Position numbers and translations under genes: made by a program
The notes under the pieces: generated by a model
Database searches by the model: none
Told to the model about the DNA's origin: nothing
Seen by the model: only the letters and a program-made list of their open reading frames with translations
From: Felis catus
Taxonomy: Eukaryota
Reading direction: 5' to 3'
Assembly (NCBI RefSeq): GCF_018350175.1
Contig: NC_058383.1
Span: 18,602,001-18,666,000 of the forward strand
DNA: 64,000 nucleotides
In this document: piece by piece, positions 43,301-53,600 of the stretch
Layout of the letters: each line of letters begins with the position of its first letter
Position numbering within the stretch: position 1 is the stretch's first letter

Positions 43301-45135
43301 TTTACCAACAATGAAGCAACAGAAAGAGAAATCAAGGAATCGATCCCATTTACAATTGCACCAAACACCATAAAATACCTAGGAATAAATCTAACAAAAG
43401 AGGTGAAAAATCTATACACTAAAAGATATAGAAAGAAATTGAAGAAGACACAAAAAAATGGAAAAAGATTCCAAGCTCCTGGATAGGAAGAATAAAAATT
43501 GTTAAAATGTCAATACTACCCAAAGCAATCTACAGATCAATGCAATCGCTATCAGAAAATCACCAGCATTCTTCACAGATCCAGAACAAACGATCCTAAA
43601 ATTTGTAAAGAACTAGAAAAGACCCTGAATAGCCAAAGCAATCTTGGAAAAGAAAACCAAAGCAGGAGGCATCACAATCCCGGCCTTCAAGCTGTATTAC
43701 ATAGCTGTGATCATCAAGACAGTATGGTACAGGCACAAGAACGGACACTCAGTTCAATGGAACAGTATAGAGAACCCAGAAATGGACCCACAAATGTATG
43801 GCCAACTAATCTTTGACCAAGCAGGAGAGAACATCCAATGGAATAAAGACAGTCTCTTCAGCAAGTGGTGCTGGGAAAACTGGACGGCGACACGCGGAAG
43901 AATGAACCTGGACCCCTTTCTTACACCAGACACAAAAATAAACTCAAAACAGATGGAAGACCTAAATGTAAGACAGGAAGCCATCCAAATCCTCGAGGAG
44001 AAAGCAGGCAAAAACCTCTTTGATCTTGGCCGCAGCAACTTCTCACTCAACACGTCTCCGGAGGCAAAGGAAACAAAAGCAAAAATGAACTACTGGGACC
44101 TCATCAAAATAAAAAGCTTCTGCACAGCGAAGGAAACAATCAGCAAAACTAAAAGGCAACCAACAGAATGGGAGATGACATTTGCAAATGACGTATCAGA
44201 AAAAGGGTTAGTATCCAAAATCTTAAGGAACTTATCAAACTCAACACCCAAAAACAAATAATCCGGTGAAGAAATGGGCAAAAGACATGAATAGACACTT
44301 CTCCAGAGAAGACATCCAGATGACCAACCGACACATAAAAAAATGCTCACCATCACTCATCATCAGGGAAATACAAATCAAAACCACAATGAGATACCAC
44401 CTCACATCTGTCATAATGGCTAACATTAACAACTCAGGCAACAACAGATGTTGGCGAGGATGCGGAGACAGAGGATCTCTTTTGCATTGCTGGTGGGAAT
44501 GCAAAGTGGTGCAGCCACTCTGGAAAACAGTATGGAGGCTCCTCAAAAAATTAAATAGAACTACCCCACCACTCAGCAATTGCACTACTAGGCATTTATC
44601 CAAGGGATACAGGTGTCCTGTTTCAAAGGGACACATGCACCCCCATGTTTATAGCAGCACAATCAACAATAGCCAAAGTATGGAAAGAGCCCAAATGTCT
44701 GTTGATGGATGAATGGATGAAGAAGATGTGGTATAAGATGTGGTATATATATACAATGGAGTATTGCTTGGCAATCCAAAAGAATGAAATCTTGCCATTT
44801 GCAACTATGTGGAATGGAACTAAAGGGTATTATGCTAAGTGAAATTAGCATAGTCAGAGAAAGACAAATACCATATGACTTCACTCATATGAGGACTTTA
44901 AGACACAGAACAGATGAACATAAGGGAAGGGAAGCAAAAATCATATAAAAACAGGGAGGAGGACAAAACAGAAGAGACTCACAAATATGGGGAACAAACT
45001 GAGGGTTCCTGGAGGGGTTGTGGGACGGGGGGGGGGGGGATGGCCTAAATGGGTAAGGGGCATTAAGGAATCTACTCCTGAAATCATTGCTGCACTAGAT
45101 GCTAACTTGGATGTAAATTTGAAAAAATAAAATTA
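43301..45135 (+). mobile_element. 5'-truncated felid L1 (ORF2 C-terminal half with frameshifts, plus 3'UTR)
   Basis: ORF pieces KAGGITIPAFKLYYIAVIIKTVWY...LFSKWCWENW and [12 protein letters not shown]...CWRGCG...LLHCWWECK are L1 ORF2. G-rich tract at 45000-45060, A tail, and degenerate TSD AGTGTATCTCACTTT / AATGTATCCCGCTTT. Confidence 0.95.
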
Positions 45136-45393
45136 GGGGCGCCTGGGTGGCGCAGTCGGTTAAGCGTCCGACTTCAGCCAGGTCATGATCTCGCGGTCCG
45201 TGAGTTCGAGCCCCGCGTCAGGCTCTGGGCTGATGGCTCAGAGCCTGGAGCCTGTTTCCGATTCTGTGTCTCCCTCTCTCTCTGCCCCTCCCTCATTCAT
45301 GCTCTGTCTCTCTCTGTCCCAAAAATAAATAAACGTTGAAAAAAAACATCTTTAAAAATAAAAAAAAAAGAAAAAAGAAAATTAAAAAGAAAA
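45136..45393 (+). mobile_element. Young felid CAN-SINE inserted in the L1 tail
   Basis: GGCGCAGTCGGTTAAGCGTCCGACTTCAGCCAGGTCA...CTGGGCTGATGGC...TGTCCCAAAAATAAATAAACGTTG; CpGs largely intact. Confidence 0.92.
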
Positions 45394-46128
45394 TAATGTA
45401 TCCCGCTTTGCTCAACATTACAAAGAAAAACAATGTATCCAGAAGAGTCTTCTGTGGCCTCCGAATTAGAGGATCTGTCACTAGCTGAGCCATCACCTGC
45501 ATTTCCAGAGTCTTGGTTTTCTCATCTGTAGAATGAGGTTAGTAGTAACTGCTTTTCTGCCTACCTACAAGTTTGTCACGAGTTTCAAAGGCCTCTGTGC
45601 GTTTGAAATTGCTGTTCAAATGCCAGTGATGACTAACACCTTTCGGCTTGCGGGTTGCAATAATAATTACAGGCCTTCAGAGAGAAGCAATCTGCCGAGG
45701 GGTGTGTGATGCCCACATGAACTGTACGCACCAGACTGATCAAAGCTCTGCCAGGGTGTGCTTCCTGCTCTGCCACCATCAAGGAGCCCATCAAAATCTA
45801 GGCATTGACAAAATTCACCTATTAAAAACGCCCATGTTACGCTTGGCTCCAGTTACGAGGCCTCGCTGTGCCCTTAAAGGAAGAAATTCTCAGCTTTTCT
45901 TTACTCTGCTGACCTCATTCCCATCCATCCTGTTGAGAAGACCAAGTTTTGTTTGTTTGTTTTTAACTCACAAATTGTTAGGATCTTGCTCTGAAACAGA
46001 AAAGCTCTCAACAGTTCTGAAGGCTGTGAAGGAATATTTGGGTTGGAATATGGGCTAGCCGTGATCTTGGGCAAGTCACTTGACCTCCTGCCTAGGCGTC
46101 ACCATCCGCTTCTCTAAAGGGTTGTTGT

Positions 46129-46982
46129 GGGGGCATCTGGGTGGTTCAGTCGGTTGGGCGTCCGACTTCGGCTCAGGTCATGATCTCACAGTCTGTGAGT
46201 TCGAGCCCCGCGTCGGGCTCCATGCTGACAGCTCAGAGCCTGGAGCCTACTTCAGATTCTGTGTCTCCCTCTCTCTCTGCCCCTCCCCTACTCGCTCTCT
46301 GTCTCTCTCTCTAAAATAAATAAACGTGGAATAAATTTTATTTATTTATTTTATTTATTTATTTTTATTTATTTTTACTTTTTTTTAATATATGAAATTT
46401 ATTGTCAAATTGGTTTCCATACAACACCCAGTGCTCATCCCAAACGATGCCCTCTTCAATGCCCATCACCTACCCTCCCCCCTCCCACCCCTCATCAACC
46501 CTCAGTTTGTTCTCAGTTTTTAAATTTTTTTTTTTCCAACGTTTATTTATTTTTGGGACAGAGAGAGACAGAGCATGAACGGGGGAGGGGCAGAGAGAGA
46601 GGGAGACACAGAATCGGAAACAGGCTCCAGGCTCTGAGCCATCAGCCCAGAGCCCGACGCGGGGCTCGAACTCACGGACCGCGAGATCGTGACCTGGCTG
46701 ATGGCCCAGAGCCTGACGCGGGGCTCGAACTCACGGACCGCGAGATCGTGACCTGGCTGAAGTCAGACGCTTAACCGACTGCGCCACCCAGGCGCCCCGA
46801 GTTCTCAGTTTTTAAGAGTCTCTCATGCTTTGGCTCTCTCCCACTCTAACCTCTTTTTTTTTTTTTCCCTTCCCTCCCCCACGGGTTCCTGTTAAGTTTC
46901 TCAGGATCCACATAAGAGTGAACACATCCGGTATCTGTCTTTCTCTGTATGGCTCATTTCACTTAGCATCCCACTCTCCAGT
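46129..46982. mobile_element. Nested elements: CAN-SINE(+, 46129-46326), L1 3' fragment(-, about 46340-46982) and young CAN-SINE(-, 46524-46798)
   Basis: L1 3' end ATATGAAATTTATTGTCAAATTGGTTTCCATACAAC. The inner SINE is flanked by TSD GTTCTCAGTTTTTAA (46509-46523, 46801-46815). Confidence 0.9.
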
Positions 46983-47790
46983 AACATGGAAAAAATTTTA
47001 CACAGAGCTGCAAAATATATGAATAATGAAATAAGATACAGAAAAGCACAAAAATGTGCTAATGATTTGTGTAAGAAAAAAGGAAGGGATACATCTCTTC
47101 CATCTCTCTATTGATATACCTCTCTGTATAAATATTGGTACATAAAAAGATACAGATATATGTGTGTATGCATATTATAAGGATTATATTGATAAGATCT
47201 ATCAGAAATCTTGCTATCTACACATCCTTATTGATATAACCCATATACATACCCATACACACATATATCTATCTGCATTCTTTCAGGTATCTTAGCTGTA
47301 TACAGACAGAGAAAGAAAATGTGGACGAGGAACACTGTAAACTGATAATTGTGTTTGCCTCTGGGGAGAGAAGCTGAGCGTCAGTGGTGGGAAAGAGATT
47401 TCTTTTTCCTCTATAGTCTCCTGTGTCATTTACATTTGTTTTAAAGTAGCCTTCACGCTCAGCACCGAGTCCAACATGGGGCTTGAACTCACAACCAACC
47501 GTGAGATCAAGACCTGGGCTGAGATCAGAGTCGGATGCTTAACCGACCGAGCCACCCAGGCGCCCCTGTATCATTTACGTTGTGTGAATTAATTAATGTA
47601 ATTACATTCTGTAATCATGCACACATATTATTAAGAGAAAGACCGTCCATGTGAAAGGGTTTGACACACACTAAGCGCCTTAAAGATATTTGTGGATGTG
47701 AATCTTATTCATTAAGACCTCTATTTACCTAGGAGTTCCTGAGTGTGTTTTTATTTAAAAAAATAATAATAATAACAAAAGCTGCATCCA

Positions 47791-48008
47791 GGGGCGCCTG
47801 GGTGGCGCAGTTGGTTAAGCGTCCGACTTCAGCCAGGTCACGATCTTGCGGTCCGGGAGTTCGAGCCCCGCGTCGGGCTCTGGGCTGATGGCTCGGAGCC
47901 TGGAGCCTGTTTCCGATTCTGTGTCTCCCTCTCTCTCTGCCCCTCCCCCGTTCATGCTCTGTCTCTCTCTGTCCCAAAAATAAATAAACGTTGAAAAAAA
48001 AAAAAAAA
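47791..48008 (+). mobile_element. Young felid CAN-SINE
   Basis: Perfect TSD AAAAGCTGCATCCA (47777-47790, 48005-48018) and a pure A tail. Confidence 0.95.
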
Positions 48009-48252
48009 GCTGCATCCAATGTGGCATACTAAGTTGTGACAACCCTGGATGGGTTGTGGGTCCATAGATGTTCACTAGAGTACTCTTTGTTCTTGTCTCT
48101 AGGTTTGAAATATTTTATAATAAAAAATAAAATTTCATAAAATAAATGATTAATAAATAATGGATCATATTAGTAATTTATTAATAATAAATAATAAAAT
48201 AAATGGTGAATAAATAAATTCAATAAAATAAATTAATAAAATAAATTTTATT

Positions 48253-48470
48253 GGGGCGCCTGGGTGGCCCAGTGGGTTAAGCGTCCGACTTCGGTTCAGG
48301 TCATGATCTCACAGTCCGTGGGTTCGAGCCCCACGTTGGGCTCTGCTCTGACAGCTCAGAGCCTGGAGCCTGCTTCAGATTCTGTGTCTCCCTCTCTCTC
48401 TGCCCCTCCCCTGCTCATGCTCTGTCTTTCTCTGTCTCAAAAATAAACAAAAACATTTTTAAAAAAAATT
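48253..48470 (+). mobile_element. CAN-SINE embedded in AT-rich low-complexity DNA (48110-48525)
   Basis: Standard SINE body; flanks are nearly pure A/T. Confidence 0.9.
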
Positions 48471-50199
48471 TTTAATTTAAAAATAAAAAATAAAATAATA
48501 AATTTTATTAATAAAATTTAATAAAATCTACTACCCTGCTGGGTAGTAACTGGAGGCGAATGGAAGAACAGACTTTAGAGGTGGGGTGGGGGGGCTCTGG
48601 TCATGTTCTGGTTTTGATGTGAGTGCTGGTTCTATAAGTCTGCTCACTTTACGAAAATTCATCAAGCTGTATCTGTCACTCATCTGAACCTATGTTACAC
48701 TTCAAAAAAAAGTTTACTAAAAAAACCCCTTCCTGTTAAATTGAAATTTTTCATAATCACTTAGTAAAAGATTGGTTTAAAAAAAATTCAGTATGAGATG
48801 ATTTTTTTGCAAATTATCAGGGTCTGGGGAGTAACAGGAAGCCACGCTAAAATCAGTAGCTTTCCTTTAGTGTTCATTTGCATTTCCTCATCCTCACTGA
48901 CATTGATCTTTATCTCACCCAACCTCCTTCACCCTTTACCTTGGGCTCCCTTGGCAATTTCAATGCACTCTTTTTCTGTTCTTGGAGGTGATGAAGTTGA
49001 TGTTGGAATCAAATGGACCTGTGGGGAGAGAGGGAAGGAGAGAGGAAGAGAGAGAGAGACAGACAGAGAGAGGGAGATGGGAAGAACAGAGATGACTGGC
49101 CAAGATGTGCAGAGAGGCCCTGCCACATTCTAATCCCAGTATACCAGTCGCTAAATGTGCCCGAGCTTTCCTGTTTCTGGGATTTTCATACTCTTTTCCC
49201 TACCCAAAGTGGCCTCCTTCTTTGCCTTCAGTCTGCTGCTAATTCCCACTTTTTTCAGAGGAGCACTGTGCTTTCAATGCTAAACACGGGCCCAGACATG
49301 CAGCAAATACTGAATGAATGAAACTACCTTTAAAAATGTAAGACAGTCCCTGTGGTGGTAAAACCCCTGATGATGGTTTCTTCAATCCACCCGGGTTTAA
49401 ATCCACAGGACTAGAAGGACCTGAATGATCTGGTATGGTCCATATCTAAACTATTAATGCCTGATCACTTTGCTGATAGCACACGGGCATTCTCTTTACT
49501 CCCAGAACCTGGCCTCAGGACGTTTGCACTTGCTGTTTCTCTTTCCTAGAAGAAGAGTTAGAAACGCTCTTTCCCTGAAAGACCTTCTGCATGGCTTCCT
49601 TCTTTTTGTCATTTGGATCTCAACTCAAACGTCACCTCTTCAAAGAGGCCCTGACCTTCCTATCCAAAACAACTTTCCCACCTAACCAGCTACTTTAATA
49701 TCTTTACGGTGCTTATTGCTATCTGAAATTATGTTTACTTGTTAATTTATGCCACTCCACTAGACTGAGTTCCTTGGGAAGTTAGGGACCATTTCTGTCT
49801 TGTTCACTGAACACTGCTGGCTCATGATAAATGCTTGATAAATACGTATTTGTGTTACAATGAGTGAATACTAGCTAATTATTACATGCTTATTTTGTAC
49901 AAGGCACTGCCCTAAATGCTTCACATATACGAAGCCATTTAACTCTCATGCAACCCCATGAGGTAGGTGCTATCATTGTCATTTTACAGTTTGGGGAGAA
50001 TGAAACACAGAGAGATCAGGAAATTTGCCTAAATTCACACAAAACGGTGGAGCTAGGATTTGAAGCCAAAGTCTGATTCGAAGTTTGCTCTAAGCCTAGC
50101 TCCAAAACCTAGCAGCTCATCAGTATTACGTGGGCACTTTAAAAAAGTAAACTCCCGGCCCTGAAATTCTGATTCCGCAGGCGGTGGGTGAGGATGTAT

Positions 50200-50435
50200 C
50201 TGAGTAACAAAACGTGACGACATCGCGCAGTACGCTGTGAGACTCTCGAGGAACCGCCTTGCCTGCCAAGGTGACGTCAGGCAGGTCTCCGCCCCTGAGT
50301 GGCGCGAAGACCACTGGGAATTGTAGTCGCCGGTGTAGTTCAGCAGCATCTCCTGGAAGTGACGTAGCGTCCCGCCTTCCCTCTCTTTCCGTTTCCGCTG
50401 TGCCGACTACGCAGTGTGACTCCCGAGTTGCGACG
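50200..50435 (+). promoter_or_regulatory. EIF3C: EIF3C CpG-island promoter and non-coding exon 1 (donor after 50435; next exon starts 50571)
   Basis: CRE TGACGTCA at 50272-50279; E2F-like GGCGCGAA at 50301-50308; ZNF143/THAP11-type TGGGAATTGTAGT at 50315-50327; ETS-CRE composite GGAAGTGACG at 50355-50364; polypyrimidine TCT-type initiator at 50375-50390; donor ACG|GTATGT. Confidence 0.8.
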
Positions 50436-50608
50436 GTATGTTTTTCTTGGGCCTTGTTCTTTGAGGAGGGGTCGCGGGTCGGGGTACTTGCGGGGACAGT
50501 GAGAGGTGGGGGTCGAGAGGTGACGACCCCAGTCCTTTCTTGTGGCCTGTGACTCCGGCTTTCCCCACAGGTCCCGCTGCGCCCGCCGCAGCCTCTCAGC
50601 CCGTCGCC

Positions 50609-53600
50609 ATGTCGCGGTTTTTCACCACCGGTTCGGACAGCGAGTCCGAGTCCTCCCTGTCAGGGGAGGAGCTCGTCACCAAACCCGTCGGGGGCAACTA
50701 CGGCAAACAGTGAGTGGGGGGACTGCGCGGGGGTGACCAGTCGGGGCGTGCGGCGTTCGGCAGGCTCCGCACGGCCGCGTTTGTGGGAGAGGTGGGGAGG
50801 GGAGGTGGGGGCGAGAGCGAGAGTGAGTTCTCGAGAGTTCGAGGAACCAGAGCAGTAGTGTTGGCGGGACAGCCTTCATGCTTCGGGGTGCTGTGAATTG
50901 TGTACCACCCGCCGGGTACAAAGGATAGAGCCAGAGGTTTCCCACTGGCTGGGTCTGTTGCATCAGCTTCCTAACTGGCTTATATGTCCACAGCCTCTGT
51001 ACCACCTCCCCTCTGCTCGGCATGGGACTCCGACAAAAGTCGTAGTTATTCTGACCGCTAAAAAACCCTGTTCGCAAAAAGAAATCCAGAATGCTCGTTT
51101 GGTATTTCAGAGCTGCTTGATGTGGCTCTGAAGCCCAGCCACCTGGCGTTGTGGGCTGGTTCATAAACATCTATTTAAAGATCTATTATTTTTTTTTCGG
51201 GGGGGGGGGGTGTTCTCTTAAATACCCTTTCCCTATCTCTGCGAATTAAAATTCTTTGCATCTTTTGCAACAGTGGAACGTTGTTTCTCCAACTTCCTTC
51301 CCACACGTGTCACCTTCATGATTTTTATATCCCTGTGTGGTTTGAAAACACATACACGTACCCATGTGTACCTACCTGCATGCATTTTATATTATTGCCG
51401 CCATCGGAAAACCAATATGACTTCTAACATAGAAAATAATTGGAAAGGTTAATAAAATGGAAGGAAAAGAATGGAAGTGTGTTGCCAGCTGAATGCTGTC
51501 TGGGGTCTTATTAAAGAAAAGCGCTAGAGGGGCGCCTGGGTGGCTCAGTTGGTTGAGCGTCCGACTTCAGCTCAGGTCACGATCTCGCAGTCAGTGAGTT
51601 CGAGCCCCGCGTCGGGCTCTGGGCTGATGGCTCGGAGCCTGGAGCCTGCTTCTGATTCTGTGTCTCCCTCTCTCTCTGCCCCTTCCCCGTTCATGCTCTG
51701 TCTCTCTCTGTCTCAAAAAAAAATTAAAAGAAAAAGAAAAGCGCTAGTAATGGAGATGTTAAAGCCATTAGGACTTTAACCTTGCCGTTGGCCTCTCACA
51801 TTCTGGGAAACATTGCTTTCTGGGTTCTAATTCAAATACCACCTTCTTAAAGTCATTTTCTTTCATTCTAGTTGTGGTACCTTTTGTGTGTGTGTGTGTG
51901 TGCTTAGTTAGTTGTGTCTTCATGTAATAAGTTTTCTGACCCTGTGAATAAGCACCTTTATTTTTGAGAGGATGGGGATGGTCATTTTTGTAGGTGCAAC
52001 AGTGACAAAAGGGCATACTTGAAGTAGGCTTCAATAACGGAGTTATATATGATCAAGTTTTGAAGAGGAAGAGTCAAGGATGAGTGTGGTATGATGGCTT
52101 GAATAATTCCATTTTTTCTGTCCCGTCTGAGAAGGGAACTGGAGATCACTTGAAAAGACTGGAGCCAGGAAGGGAAGTTAGTGATCTCTGTTGTTTCAAA
52201 CAGGCCATTGTTGCTCAGTGAGGATGAAGAAGATACCAAGAGAGTTGTCCGAAGTGCCAAGGACAAAAGGTGAGGCCAGGGGGAGGCCGGGTGCTGGGGA
52301 GTCTCTGCAGCAGTGGTGGCTTTTCTGGTGTTGGTGGGCATGTCCAGTGTGATTTTGGGCTCCCGATCTAGGTTTGAGGAGCTGACCAACCTCATCCGAA
52401 CCATCCGTAATGCCATGAAGATCCGGGATGTTACCAAGTGCCTGGAAGAGTTTGAGCTCCTGGGGAAAGCATATGGGAAGGCTAAGAGCATCGTGGACAA
52501 GGAAGGTGTCCCCCGGTTCTACATCCGCATCCTGGCTGACCTGGAGGACTATCTTAATGAGGTGTGATTCCTGTGGGTAAGGGTGGATCCAGAGGGGATC
52601 GTGGTCCTAGGACCTGCTCCTAACCCACTTCCAGGAATCCTGTCGCCTCTTGGTTGTTTGCTGTGTGTACGGTACTTCCTAGAACATAAGAAACGGGGGG
52701 ATGAAGCGAGGAGAGGGACCTTTTTCGGCCAAGCATCTTAATCGTATTTGTTTTTATGTTGTTTATTTGTGGCTTCTTTTCTTTTGGTGGTAATACACAA
52801 AGGATGTGTTTTAAAAAAATAACAAATATGGTTGGTAAGCAGTACAGACGGTGTACAGATAGCAAAACTCATAGTGGTGTGCTGAAGCCTGGAGTTTAAG
52901 AAGATACCGCTTAGTCACAGCCCCCTCTTCCCCCTTTCTGCCCTCTTCTTTCCTTTAGCTGTGGGAAGATAAGGAAGGGAAGAAGAAGATGAACAAGAAC
53001 AACGCCAAGGCCCTGAGCACCCTGCGTCAGAAGATCCGAAAATACAACCGAGATTTTGAGTCCCATATTACAAATTATAAGCAGGTAGGGATGCTGGAGG
53101 CAGACCTTCTGCCCTGTGGGGACGGAGACTCCACGAGTGAGACAAAAGCGTTTGCAAACGGAAGGTGTGGCTAGAGAAGGAATCAGGTCACGACTCTCTG
53201 GGGTGAGGGGGTAGGCCGGGGTGGTGCTTGGCAGGCCTCGTGAATTATCCTCTCGTTTCCCTTTGTCAAGAACCCTGAACAGTCTGCAGATGAAGATGCT
53301 GAGAAGAATGAGGAGGATTCAGAAGGTGAGAGGGGACCCCCTTACTGCAGGCGGTTAGAGGCCCAGAGCTGGGGCTTCCCTCGGCCTGGCTTCTTCGCTG
53401 CCCTCAGCTTTGCTCTTGACCATCCGGCTCTCTCCTCGCTCCTCTGCCACCAGCCTCTTCGGATGAGGATGAGGATGAGGATGGAGTCAGCGCTGCAGCT
53501 TTCCTGAAGAAGAAACCAGAAGCCCCTTCTGGAGACAGTCGCAAGTTCCTCAAAAAAATGGAGGTAAGAGCCAGGGTGAAACTACGAAGGGTGATTTGCC

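Noticed and set aside
43499..44884. ORFs resembling a reverse-transcriptase protein
   Set aside because: Frameshifted, 5'-truncated L1 ORF2 remnant; non-autonomous.
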